A DNA stretch of 48,640 bases from Selaginella moellendorffii (lineage: Eukaryota; Plantae; Lycopodiophyta), in NCBI RefSeq assembly GCF_000143415.4, contig NW_003314302.1:211810-260449 (forward strand). Reading direction: 5' to 3'. This document shows positions 1 to 12,978 of the stretch, one piece after another (within the stretch, counting starts at the first letter, position 1; each line of letters starts with the position of its first letter). The position numbers and the translations under genes were made by a program. The notes under the pieces were generated by a model, which saw only the letters and a list, made by a program, of their open reading frames with translations, had not been told where the DNA came from and searched no databases.

Positions 1-2153
1 TGTTAGTGCTAATTTAAGCTTTGATCCCAATAGACTGCACAAGTCCTCTCACAACTTTCTAGAGTTGGATCATTCCCAAAAACTACTTAGATACCATTCC
101 AATTAGCCCTAGCCCTATCTGCCATGAAACTGCAAAAGTTGGTAGGCCTACTAATCCACTTTAGTACAATGTCAAAGAGGGACTTCTAAAATATTTCATG
201 AGCCATCTGGTCTTGTAATTTTAAACTTTGTTGTTATAATTATCAAGTTGGAATATAGCATATGAAAAGGGTCAATTATTTTAAGATAATGAGAAAAAAT
301 AACTACTTCAGATCATATATATGTGGTTGTTCAACCTAATACTTGCTCTATATGGTCAAAATGTACTCATGCATTAGCAAGGTCACTTGACCCAAACATA
401 TTCATTTGGGAGACAAGATCTACACTAGAGGCGGGGCCCATAGTAGACATTTTGAAGACGAAGAGGCCCTCTTACTCACTAACAACTTGATCTAGAAATA
501 AGATAAACTTGTAGGGACATGATTTTTTACTGTAGTTTCCCCTCTTGAGATTCACACATCCAAGATTTTATCCTAAATAAAACAAAATGTAAGAGAGATA
601 TTATTGAAAAGTATGTAATATTATTTTCATACCTCCTAAGGCTAGTTATAAGTTGCATACATCGTAGTAACTCTCACAAGTTAGCCTCATCTAGTTGAGT
701 TTTTTTGCAGCCTAAATCGAATAGAATGGTTGCGATAAAATCCTTCAACATTGTTTTTTGAATATGCTTCAGAGTTGTAAATGAGTTTTTTATAGTCTCT
801 ATTTATACAGCATCATTAAAATGGTTGACTAAACTCCTTTGTATCCCTTTTTGCATTAGATGTGTGTGTGTGCCAATATGTACTACAACTTTACTAGCCT
901 CTTTGTCCCATGAATGAAAATAGTACATCTTGGCCCTACAAATGGCATGATATAATAGAACATTTTTGTAAAACTAGCATTTAAATGTAATGTTTCATGC
1001 TTATTTCTTGAGCACTTTTTTGGAGTTCCACTCTCACTTTCAACTTTTTGAGTCAGAGTTTACTCATGAAACTCATGTTTGGTCATAGTGTTTCAAAATG
1101 TCATCCCAAAGTCCTAGATTGTGGAAAAAAAGAGGATCAATCCTCTTGCATAGTAACTAAAGATACAATTATGTGGCAAAGAAATCCTAAAGATTAATGA
1201 GACTTAGTGGTACTCTCCCCACCTTACACCTTTAGGTGCCCTAGCCATGTGGCTAAAATGAGGTTCCAATAAGCCAATTTTATTATTTTACTATTCTAAA
1301 TAAAATGTAAGCATAAGTTTCACTAATGGTATTATGGATGGGAGGATTGATTATAAATCCTTAAAAAAATGTGAAATTTATACTGTGCTCTCAATTGCAT
1401 GCTTCATTCACATAATCTAAATACCCACTATAATGAACTATAAATATTATACCTTTGACATGCTAGAAATGTGTGGTTTTGATTTTGCATCAATTGTAGA
1501 CATCTTACTTGGTCTCCATCCCCTTTCATTTTGAGCTGATAATAAATGGTTGTTCAAAAAAGATGTTGCTATTGTATGTGGATGGAAGCTTGCTCATGGG
1601 CCTATGCAAAAATGAGTGCATGTTGATAGGAAGGCGGGAAATTGGAAAGTGTTACAGACAGCTTTGAATATTAATGAAGTCAGAGTTGGTAGAGTCTTAG
1701 CTAGTATTGGACTGGCATCTCCACTAGAACTAAAAGAGGAGGAAATAATGACAACTAACTCTTGCTTCAAATTCACTTTTGCATGATTGCAGCATCACAC
1801 TTTAATTGGAGATCCAAAAACTCAAATCTCCTTAGACTTGGAATGTTGCAAATCCCAATGCTATTCACTTTCACCCACACCTAAAAGACGAAACTCTGAT
1901 TGTTCAACTACACTAGTGTTGTTGCAAATCATAGCCCCTATTGAAACAAAACCAAGAGAAAGATCAAAACATCAACAAAGAAAATTTTCTAAAACAAGAT
2001 TTTGGGAGAAAGAAAGCAATAAGTGATCTTAGTAATGTAGAAGAAAGCTCTCCATTTTGTTGTCTTCAAGTTTTGGGACTTTGAACTTTTATGATAAGGT
2101 CTATTAGAAGTATAAAAAGATTATCTTGTTATACAATATTAAAAGTTTATATT

Positions 2154-3289
2154 TGTAGCACATGTGGTTTTGACCCTTTATCCTATGGTGATTTACTATA
2201 GGATAACACTACGAACTAGAATCTAAACCCTCTTTGTGCCACATGACAGAAGCCACATATCACATGCCACGTGTGCAAAGGACAATGGTATAGAACCCAA
2301 GTTTCAGGGCCCTGGGCCACTGAACGAAGGAACAATGCCAAATTCCCAAGCATGGAGCCAAGGAGCAATGGCACTAGAGCATGAAATGATTCCCAAGCAT
2401 ACAACCCAAGGAGCGAAGGAACAGGAGTACAGAGTGACTTGGAACAGTCCTAGAGCAATTAGCATCCTAATGCTAAGACTAGCATGCAAAATGGAGCCAA
2501 GCGGAGTCTGGCACCACTTCAGCATACCAATGGCCTAACACAAGGACATGGGTACTCCACCAGCTGGCATAGTGTGGAACTTAGGCTTAAACCCAAGCTG
2601 GATGCAGAACAAGGATAGACACACAAGCAGGAGCTAAATTATGCCTTAGATTGGTTAGCTATGCCCAACCTACCCACTATCCCTACTATATATTTGGAAC
2701 CCCCTATATCCCCCCCCTGAGGAACACACACTTTGGGCTTTCACCCCAAGCCTCCTTTAGTATCAGGAGTTAGTCTCTAGGACAAACTTGAAACTTACTA
2801 AATATGGAATGTCCTTAGATTGCGAATTTGGACACAAAACGAACACCATTGTGTTCAAGCTAATCTTTACATTCCGTAGATATGCCAAATGAGCAAATGT
2901 AAATATTTTCCATAAATAGCATTTGGGACCGGAATGAGACCAACACAAAGGGCATGATAGCAACAGTGTTTGGCAAACATAGTAAGCTATCATCCAGCAA
3001 TATTGAGGGACTAGTTTCAATACGTGGAACTTCTTGTCAAGCTAGTGCAAGACAGAGCAAAAAAGAACTAAAAAGCCAGGCCAAGTATGCTTGGGCAAAT
3101 AGACACTTAGGAATTCCATCCTTATGCTCATCTAACCAAGTATAGATGCAAAGTCTAGATTACTAACACTTAAACAAGAGGGACTAAAAAAGGTTCCAGC
3201 AATATTGACCTTCTGCCATTATGGCAGTAAGGAAAGAGTGTCCGTAAGGACTAGTTGACAAGTAACTTTCGATACCCGAAGTCACATTC
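2154..3289 (-). repeat. 3' LTR of family-A element (inner end slightly truncated, no clear PPT)
   Basis: Collinear with 7758-9152 apart from the MITE insertion. Confidence 0.85.
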
Positions 3290-6200
3290 TAATGAATAAA
3301 GCTTAAATTAGAACACAAAAGTATTCCAAGTAAGTTATCATCTGATAAACTAGTATAATAGGATAAGAACTACCAAAACCACTATCATTGGAAAACATAG
3401 AATTCACCATCCAACAAAATTCAATAGCAAGTATATCATTAAGTAAACTTAATGAGAAAACTTAACTACTAAAGATTGTAGACAATATGCTAAACAACTT
3501 ACTAAAGATAATTCAAGGAACACAAAGTATCCTTAACCGACAAGCACAATGCTCACAAATGTATCATCCAAAGGAAACAACATCCTAATCTATCAAAACT
3601 AACTCGAACAACAACTAACAAAACTGAATGAATGTGGTAAAACCAACAAACACTTAGTCATGTCAACCATTGCATCAGCAAATCTGAATAAATCCCAGTC
3701 AAATTTACGAAGGATCCTAACTTACTTTAGCAAATGTCAGTAACATTCTATCAATGTCTAAAACCCAAGAGACCAATCTAAAGTAAACCACAAAGAACAT
3801 ATGGTATTGCGAAAAGCCATAAGCTATCAAAGAGAATAATTAACCATCATGAAAGATCATCAATCATCCCATCAATAAAGAGATGCATAATCATCATCGA
3901 AGAAATAATCCACCATCTTGAAGAACGGCAAACCATTTTATACCAATAATAATCAAGCAAAACATTTGACAAGGATAATCAACTATCCTAGATGATAGTA
4001 AATCATCATCAATGATTGCTAGATACAAATACTAATTTTAATATCAAAACTAATGAGCTGAAATGCCTTCCCTAACAAATCCCAATAAATGAAAAAATGA
4101 GCATGAAAACTCAAGAAACCAAAAGCTCAAAGAAGCCTATAGCCATATTTTGTCTAACAATTACCACAAGTCTCGCATGAACCAACTTCAATATTAAAGA
4201 ATAAATCACAGTGCAACCTACAATATCCTCCTCAATATATCTATAAACTAAATTTCATAATGCCAAAGCTAATGAAGAGCATATTTGCATCAATCCAAAA
4301 GCTAAGCACAATGGAGCTATGCTCAACAAGTATCATCAAATCGATCCTCCATGAATCTAATTTTAGCAAGACATAACTCACTTTATAACAAGCACAAAGA
4401 GAATCATTAATGATTGATATATCCCCAACTTAAATCCAACAAGGATTCAATCACTTCAATATTAATCACTAACTCTTCCTCTCGTAAAATTATCATAGTC
4501 CACAATTGAATCATTTTTCAAAGAAAAGCTCAAAGCTTAATCTCGACCAAGCAATTTTGTCTAAAATATAACTAACTCAACTTGCCACTTAGTTCATTTA
4601 AACGTCAATACAGTTGCTAACTAGCAAATGCATGGTTGCCAATAACACAAAGCTACAACCAAATCATCAATATTATTTTCATCGAGACTAATGAAACTTA
4701 ATATCAATTCTAAGGAGAGACATCTCATTTCACTCAAATCTCAACATCAATATTGTCAATAACAAGGCATCACTTCAATGCCATCAACACCATAACAAAG
4801 CTAGAAGAAAGAAAGAGTGATTCACCACTCAAAGCTTTTTAGCAACCAAGTTAACCAAAGTCAAAGATACTTTAGTCAGTATTTGAGACTAGTTTTTCAA
4901 TAAAACTTAATTACAGATAACACATCATCAAGGAGTAATTCACCACATCCAAGACTCAATGAAATCTAACACCACAGACTAAATGCAACTAAATGATATC
5001 GATAGACGTAGAGTTGATATGCTAACATGAAAAACTCATATAAGTTTAACGACACGATCCTTTGCAACACCATCCGATAAAGCAAGCCCATCACTACTAA
5101 ATCATCATCGAGTGAAGCAAGTGTCAAACAGTCTTTGACAAAATCTATAAGCAATCACTAGTTGCAAAGCAACCAACAATCACTCTTCAAGTTGCTTTCA
5201 CAAGACCCAAACACTAAACTCATGCCATCAAATCATATGCTTGTCCAATATGAACATAATACCCCAGATACAAGATATTGGCTCATGGACAAGCACGAAC
5301 TAAATGACCACTCAAATCTAACTTAACTGTAATAAACTCACTAATGCGTTTCCAACAGCTCTAAGCATGCCTTGAAAAGGCTAGTTGTGCATGATTAACA
5401 CTCAGTTGAAACTAAAGTGAAGACCATGAGATGGATTCATATTGGTACACAACCTCCTCATAGACAAAGCTATAATATAGGTACTAACATCTCAACTTCA
5501 CAACTAAGTTGGACATCACCATCCTTAGCTAAGTTGTAGGGCTACCAAGACTAAATCAAGATTAGTGAGAGCTCACTACCCTCATAAAGTTTAACGAAAT
5601 GCAAAATGAAACCTGCCACCAAGCAAAACACTATAGAAGAAAGGCACAAAGGTCACCTTTCTTAAAAAGTGCAACGGCCACTTTTCTACACCAACTCCAG
5701 ACTCTATCCAACTCAATTGCCTTAGCCCCAAAAGTCAACATCCCTTTCGGGCACATCATACAAACTATGTACTAAAATCTAAGACAACTGAAGTCAACTC
5801 TAAGCCTTCACTAGTTTGTATTGGCTTACAAAAATGGAAAGGTTTTCGAACAAAGTGATCAATAGATCAACCATTGAAAAAGTCTAAGAAAATTTGTGGA
5901 AAATTTTCCATCCTAGAGAAAGAATGACTCTCAATCTAAGAATACAAACATTCAAGACTCAACTAACTTCCTCTTACCAACAACTTCACATATGTTCACC
6001 TTAACACAAGTTCTCAAGAGCCATAGTATGCTTCAACATTGAAAATTTTGCTCATATTTTTTACATCTAACATTGACATCCGCAAAATGCAAAATGAATA
6101 TCCAAAGTTTGATTACGAAGACCACATCTTTGAATATCCACATTGCACTAACACTCTTCTTCAACCACTTTCAAGATTTAATATGAGGTGAAAACACTAA

Positions 6201-7744
6201 CAAGAAAAATGACATGGAAAATCAAGCTCTAAAGAAAATTCATTATCACTCGAACAACAATGCCATTTCCACTAACACAAGTGCTCGCAATATCAATGCC
6301 TTAACTACACATCTTCTCCATTCAACAATCTACTTCAAGTGCTAACGGATCAACTGATGAGCTATATCAAATGAATGCTATAACCCTTTCTAACACCTAA
6401 TGGGCAAATCTTCAAGGAAACAAGGTACCAACTTAAGCTTAGCATAATGGATCATTATTGAGAATTCAGTCAAAGTTACTACAATGCTATTATATGCAAG
6501 TAGGCTAGCTTCACTATCAACCACTTTGGGATTGATTATCATTTAACCAAGCAACTTTGTAAATGTATTACTCACTATCACATGGATATGATATAGAAAT
6601 CATAATGACTTAATCATCAGTTGAGCAACACCACGAGAAACACTCATGTCATTACCTCAAAAGTTTATATGACTATCAAGTGCCAACTTGATTCGACAAA
6701 ATGCAATATAAATGCCACACTTCACCGATAGAGATTTACAACACCTAACACCACTAATTTTTATTCACAATATGGACAAGTTCATGCCACTCTCTTTCCG
6801 ACCAAACTCAAAATTAATCCAACACCAAGTTACTTAAGAAGCAATAACAAGGTTCCCCAGAAAAGAATTGAGCATTGTAACCTATGTCTTCTAATAACGA
6901 GCCTAGACAAAATGGTTTAGCATTTCACCGCTATCCATCCCACAACTCACCATTTGTAAGACCATCATTTCCAATATGCACCAAGGTAGGGACTCTTGAT
7001 TGCAGAATGCGAACATGAGCAATGAGTGAACACCTCATTACAAATCATTTCTTCAAAAAGAGAAAATGATTTATGTATTTGATCCTTCGTCCCTGATAAC
7101 TTTTTTTTTGGTCCTAACTTTGACTTAACCTCAAGCTTACGTTTGCACTGCCTTCAGTCCAATCCAAGAAAAGTTTATAAGAGAGCACGGCAATGATTAC
7201 TTAAATCAATAGACTAATCCCTATAGTCTTGATTGATCCACTCATAATCATGCCTAGAAAGGATCCACTAGTGCCATGCTAGACAGCTACGGACCAGCCT
7301 ATTTGCCACTCATAGCAAACCTAGGGAAGGTTTACTTTCACCCATAGTATAAGGAACAACTCATAGAACCACTGATAGGCTAACATTAATCCTGCCAACT
7401 CAAAGTGTAACCTTGAGTTGCTAATGTGCCTCACTCATGAGCCCAAGCGCAAACTTGTGTTAATGGAACATCTCACATCCATCTTATGAGCTCAAGAGCA
7501 AGCTCATATAATACAATACAAAAAGGTAACCAAATCCAACCAATGCGAAGTTTTTATACCTAAACATATACCCACTCGAATCATCGTTTTCATCTCTGCG
7601 TATCATGGCTAGGGTGTCCAGCTGGAAATAAGGCCCCAAATCGCAGAGGTTCTTACGAGTAGCAGCTATAGCATGCCTGAGAGCACCGTGATGCAACGAG
7701 ATTAGTTGCCCAATTTCACTAGATAGTACTCGCTAAGACTCATT

Positions 7745-7755
7745 CTCTGATACCA
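7745..7755 (-). promoter_or_regulatory. Primer-binding site (tRNA-iMet type) of family-A element
   Basis: ctctgatacca = TGGTATCAGAG on minus strand, 2 nt from the LTR edge. Confidence 0.85.
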
Positions 7756-7757
7756 AA

Positions 7758-9158
7758 TGTCGTGTATGTGGTTTTGACCCTTTATCCTATGGTGATTTAC
7801 CATAGGATAACATCACGAAGTGGAACCTAAACCCTCTTTGTGCCACATGACAGATGCCACATGTCATATGCCACGTGTCCAAAGGATAATGGTGTGAAAC
7901 CTGAGTTTCAGAGCCTTGGGCCACTGAACAAAGGAACAGTGCCAAACTCCCAAGCATGGAGCCAAAGAGCAATGGAACTAGAACACGGAATGACTTCTGA
8001 GCATATAATGCTTTATTTCGTTAAAGTGGGACTTTTCATTATCCCACTTATGGTGTGTGGCCACATGCCATTTTTATAACAACAATAAAAAATTGAAGTT
8101 TTAACTTTATAATTTATAAATTAAAAACTTTTCATATGATTTTGTGTTATAATATTGTGAAATATAAAAAAATAAATTAAAAAACTGATAGAAATATTAA
8201 TAAATATTAATTAAGTACTAGGAAATGGCATGTGGACACATGCTAATTAATGTCCCACTTTACTGAATAAGTCCCACTTTAACGAAATAAAACATTATAG
8301 CCCAAGGAGCGAAGGAATAGGAGCTCGGAGTGACTTGGAATAGTCCTAGAGCAACCAATATCTTAATGCCAAGACCAACATGCAAAACGGAGCCAAATAG
8401 AGTCTAGCGCTATTTTAGCATACTGGTGGCCTAACGCAAGGACATAGGTATTCCACCAGCTAGCATGGTGTTGAACTTAGGCTTAGACCCAAGCCGGACG
8501 CAAAACAAAGATAGACACGCAAGCGGGAGCTAAATTATGCCTTAGGTTGGTCAGCCATGCCTGACCTACCCACTATCCTTACGATACATTTGAAACCCCC
8601 TATATCCCCCCTCCCCCCCTTGAGGAACACACGCTTTGGGCTTTCACCCCAAGCCTCCTTTAGTATCAAGAGTTAGTCTCTTCGAAACTTACTAAATATG
8701 GAATGTCCTTAATTGTGTTCAAGCTAATCTTTACATTCCGTAAATATGCCAGATGAGCAAATGTAAATATTTTCCATAAATAGCATTTAGGACCGGAATG
8801 AGATTAACATAAAGAGCATGATAGCAAAGGTGTTTGGTAAACACGGTAAACTATCATCCAGCGAGATTGAGGAACTAGTTTCAATACGCAAGGGTTCTTG
8901 TCAAGTTAGTGCAAGACAGAGCAAAAAAAAATTAAAAAGCCAAGCCAAATATGCTTGGCTAAATAAACACTTAGGAATTCTGTCCTTATGCTTATCCGGC
9001 CAAGTATGGATGCAAAGTCTAGTTTACTAACACTTGAACAGAGGGACTAATAAAGGGTCTAACAATACTGATCTCCTACCATCATGATAGTAAGGAAAGA
9101 GTGTCCATAAAGACTAGCTGACAGGTAACTTTTGATACCCAAAGTCACATTCGCGACA
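7758..9158 (-). repeat. 5' LTR of family-A element (contains a MITE)
   Basis: TGT...ACA ends, adjacent PBS, homologous to 2154-3289 and to 19389-20257 (inverted). Confidence 0.87.
8004..8299. mobile_element. MITE (~296 bp) with ~31-bp TIRs inserted at a TA-containing site
   Basis: tataatgctttatttcgttaaagtgggactt ... aagtcccactttaacgaaataaaacattata; AT-rich core; empty site in sister LTRs (~2400, ~20160). Confidence 0.88.
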
Positions 9159-9184
9159 ATATTGTCTTCCAATCTTTACACTGG

Positions 9185-9696
9185 TGTAAACTATAAATTT
9201 TTCCTTTCTAATTTACTAGTTTATCTCATTTATCCAACCATCATAGCCTTGGCCTTAGTTAAATTCCCTTGCTAAAATTCCTATCTATTGTACCAGCTCC
9301 TACTTAGTTCTACTTAACTTCAACAACTCATTCCACAAGCAATAAAATATTAACTATCTATCCATGGGCCATACCCATACTGAGCTATTAAGCCATGGTG
9401 TTTCCCTATGGTGTCCTGAAGCAAGTGTTACACTCAAGGCTTGAGATTTAAAATATCCCATGATTAAGTCTTATTATACCAAGGGAGGGGGGAGGGGGGG
9501 GGGGGGGGGAGGGAATTGGGAAAGAATTTGGGAATTCATGGATGGATGGCTAATACTTTATTGCTCGTGTAGTGAGTTAATAAAATCAAGTATGACCAAG
9601 TAGGAGTTAGTATAATAAGCAGGAACTTTGGCAAAAGAACTTAATTAAGGCCAAGGCCGTGATGGTCAGATAGACGAGGTAAGCTAATGGCTTACA
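9185..9696. mobile_element. Non-autonomous foldback element, long TIRs, TGT...ACA ends, 5-bp TSD ACTGG
   Basis: 9185-~9367 is the imperfect reverse complement of ~9537-9696; ACTGG at 9180-9184 and 9697-9701; empty site at ~44526-44530. Confidence 0.8.
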
Positions 9697-10245
9697 ACTG
9701 GATTCAAAAACATGTTTAAACTTATCATGTAAAGTATTTTGAGTTAAAATGCAAAGAAATGTCACCTCAAACATGTGCCATTACTAATATACCATTATAT
9801 GAAAAGTAATAGTGATTTAATCCTAGGATCTATCATTGATTAATGCTGTATAAATAAGGTTTATATGAAGTGCAGAGGACTATGTTGTACAATATTAACA
9901 AGTGCTGTATCACATCGAATTCAAAAACATGGTCAAAGTTATTATATAAACTACCTTTCGGTAGAATGGAAAGAAATATCACCTCAAGCATGCTCCATAA
10001 TGTGAAAGATAGGAACAATTTTATTCTAGGATCTACCATTGATCAACTATTGCCAAACTAATTAAATATTGTACATATTTTCAGTGCTTTATTAAAGTTA
10101 GAAATCATTATATTCTTTTAAACTCATTTCAATATATTCCATCTGTATACTACTATCTATCATCTATAGTAAATTATTTGTCACATTGCTTTGGAAATAA
10201 CACCTTCATAAAACAAGAATAATATGAATATATAAATTTTTGTAT
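9697..10245. repeat. AT-rich dispersed repeat with internal sub-repeats (related copies ~2090-2153, 18480-18768, 43860-44558)
   Basis: Recurrent motifs tcacctcaa(a/g)catg, ctaggatcta(t/c)cattgat and ttcaaaaacatg. Confidence 0.65.
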
Positions 10246-10299
10246 CTTTTGCTCTTTGTGTTAACTAAATGAAAATTTAACAAATAAATGACATGTAAA

Positions 10300-10372
10300 G
10301 CACTTGTAGCTCAGTGGATAAAGCATCTGTTTCTGGAGTAGAAAGTCACAGGTTCGAACCCTGTCCAGCGCG
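10300..10372 (+). pseudogene. tRNA-Arg-derived pseudogene, anticodon now reads CTG
   Basis: Body resembles plant tRNA-Arg (GCGCCTGTAGCTCAGTGGATAGAGCGTCTGTT...); A and B boxes present; mismatches in acceptor and D stems. Confidence 0.78.
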
Positions 10373-10435
10373 CTCATTACTTTGCATGGTGCTAATAATG
10401 CCAAGGTAATCTAAATCTGATTCCATTCCATCATT

Positions 10436-10495
10436 GCTGGTTAGAGCATGGTGCTAATAACGCCAAGGTCGCAGGTTCGAAACCTGCATGGGCCA
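10436..10495 (+). pseudogene. 5'-truncated tRNA-Ile(AAT); further fragments at 10384-10407 and ~10654-10668
   Basis: gtgctaataacgccaaggtcgcaggttcgaaacctgcatgggcca matches the intact gene at 15460-15533 but lacks its first ~14 nt. Confidence 0.85.
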
Positions 10496-10763
10496 ATTCG
10501 CAATTTAACGTTAACTATTGTTTAGTAACCTTTTCAAAAAAAGGGAAAGAAAAAGTTATTAATTTATAAATAATTAACAAGAAAAACAAATGTTATTTAC
10601 TAACATTTACCTCCCCCAAATTGAGCTAACAAAATTCAGGATAAATAAAAGCTGAAACCTGCATGGGCAAAATATTTTTCTCGTAATTTAAAATTAACTG
10701 TTGTTTGTAAACATTGGTAATTAACTAGCCTTTTCAAGAAAAAGGGAGAAATAGCTTAATGTA

Positions 10764-11501
10764 TCACACTTCAATCTCACTATATTTCACAATTTCACAA
10801 TCGCTAGTCGACTTAGCAGACCTTTCTGCGTGGAACCACTGGATCTTCCGCCCCTCGAGTTGGCGCCCTCTCCTGGCAAGCCCGTCCGCTACATTATTCT
10901 CATATACCTTGTCGTGCGCCTTGACTTTGCACAGCCGGATCTCCATCCCGCTCTTTGCTGCCGCACCAACGATGCACTGCAGGAGCGGCTTGAGCTGGAT
11001 GCAGTCGGGGTGCTCAGGCCGGCACTGCGCAAACTGTAACAGCTTCAGCGATTGCAAACTGTCCGTGTAGATATTCAGCTTGTTGGACTGCCAGTAACCT
11101 CGAGCCCTGTACAGCTGCACTGCCGCGATGGAGTCGTGTATCGCAAGAAGCTCCATGTTGAGTGAAGACACGATGAGGCTGTCGACGATAGGGTTCCCGT
11201 TTTTGCACCAGCCGTTCTCCTGCGGGACTTGCACCGCCATGCCCGTCCCTTTGTGGGACTCCTCTGCCGACGGGAAGTAGACGCCGTACCCTGCCGAGAG
11301 CGACTCTTTATCGAAGGAACCATCAGTGAATACATTCCAAGGAGAAGATGCTTTTATTTCATCAAGTCCTCGCTCACGAGTACAAATGGTAATGGCCCAT
11401 TTCTGCCATGGCTTTCCTAATCTGACTCCTACACCACCACACACCTTCTTGTTCGCGACGCACGCTTCATCCTCGCCAGCTTTGCGCTTGAGAGCCATCA
11501 T
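10764..11501 (-). CDS. Stand-alone ribonuclease H (RNase HI-type) protein, 245 aa, copy 1
   Basis: Motifs FTDGS, AGYGVYF, NMELLAI, IYTDS, KVKAH, NNVADGLARRG give D-E-D-H-D; intronless; basic N-terminus. Confidence 0.9.
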   Translation of the reverse strand: MMALKRKAGEDEACVANKKVCGGVGVRLGKPWQKWAITICTRERGLDEIKASSPWNVFTDGSFDKESLSAGYGVYFPSAEESHKGTGMAVQVPQENGWCKNGNPIVDSLIVSSLNMELLAIHDSIAAVQLYRARGYWQSNKLNIYTDSLQSLKLLQFAQCRPEHPDCIQLKPLLQCIVGAAAKSGMEIRLCKVKAHDKVYENNVADGLARRGRQLEGRKIQWFHAERSAKSTSDCEIVKYSEIEV

Positions 11502-11732
11502 CTTGTGCGTCTCGGAAGATTACCCTAAGTTTTGGGGCCCCAATTTCCACATGTATAGGTGGCTTTGGTCGTACGAAAACATTTTCTTACAAAGTAGATG
11601 CGAACTCGCCACCCTGGAGAATCAGATGAAGAAAAGCAAAAAACATCCTGCACTTGTCCAGCCAAAGATGGATTGATCGATTAGCAAACTATGACAGCAA
11701 CAACAATGAAAAAGTGAAAAGAGGCATTTTCT

Positions 11733-12925
11733 TCACTGGATGAAAGCCTTCCACTGTAGTGTCCCTTTTCGCAGCCTCTCGGGAACAGCCTGAGACCACT
11801 GTGTGAGATTGGGGAGGGGACCCGTGAAAGCCATCTTGTTATTCACTTGATCAAGCTTCCGCCAGTTCACCTGCTGTTCCTTCAACTCGTAAGCGCTTTA
11901 AGTATTAGGAAATGGAGAAAGAAAAAGTCTTACCTCGCCTGGAAATGCCTTTGACATCGCATAAAGAACATGGTTCTCGCCCGTAATTGTGGACTGTAGA
12001 GTTTCATCATCGTCATGTCCACGTCTTTGCTCTTCCACGCAGTTGATCATGATCCGGCCCCCGGGTCTCAGTCTTTTCCTGAGCTTAAACCATGTCTCTG
12101 CCTGGAAGGAAGAATCAGGAAAAGATATCAGTGATCTGATGCTCCGCAGAGACTAAAACTCGTTTCTCACCTCCTTGAGAACTGGCAGAACATCGCCATT
12201 TGAGAACAAATCCACGACAATGCCTGTAGAAAAGTGAGGTCGAAAGATTAACAAAAAAAAGAGAGGTTGCACCGAGCTACCTGCGAATCCACCCTTGGGA
12301 TCATTTGCATCCGAGAGAGCATCGTCGATGTGAATTGTAAGCCCTCCACCGTGTTTGTTTTTGCCTTCTAACTCCGACAAGCCGAGAAAATCCCTTGCCT
12401 TGTCAATTAGCTGCAAGCTTCAACGACGTAAGAGTTTGCATTGACGGTGTCAAAGAGTTACTCACGATCTCATCAATTTCCCAGCCTATCAATTCTCGCT
12501 TCGGCCACAAGTGGAGCAGCAATCGTGCAGCAGTACCACCGCCCTGATGATCAAACACAGAAAAACCAGGAAAGCTAGGAAGAAATCGAAAAGCTCTTAC
12601 CAGTCCTAGAATTGCAATGGGACCTCTGGGAATGATCGGTGGAAGCGAGGAGAACTCGTCCTTCAATCACACAAAGTAGTCATAACTCCTTCCTCAAGAA
12701 CGGAAGTTGTTTATCCAGTATGACCCGACCCACACAGAATCCTCCTTGTAAATACTATGAACATTTCCTACATTGGGACGTAAAGCTCTCTCAATCACCA
12801 CAAAAAGAACCAAATGATCTATAGATGAGAGAGATTGCTCACCTGTTTGATCCAGCAGCAGCAATCTAGCTCCCGCGAATTCACTGGGCGAATCCCTGGG
12901 CACCTCGAGAATCGCAATGGCGTTG

Positions 12926-12978
<53 letters not shown>

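Larger units (their letters stand above)
2154..9158 (-). mobile_element. Degenerate LTR retrotransposon (family A), full-length with TSD
   Basis: Direct LTRs 2154-~3289 and 7758-9158; termini TGT(A/C)G...GCGACA; 5-bp TSD ATATT (2149-2153, 9159-9163); minus-strand PBS TGGTATCAGAG next to the right LTR; internal region has no long ORF. Confidence 0.88.

Noticed and set aside
1-2090. Possible TE or gene remnants
   Set aside because: AT-rich, no motif, terminus or ORF I can support
3290-7744. Assigning family A to Gypsy or Copia
   Set aside because: Interior too degraded to read diagnostic RT/integrase motifs by eye
9482-9520. Long G-run as a functional G-quadruplex
   Set aside because: Not conserved in the mirror copy; homopolymer length is unreliable
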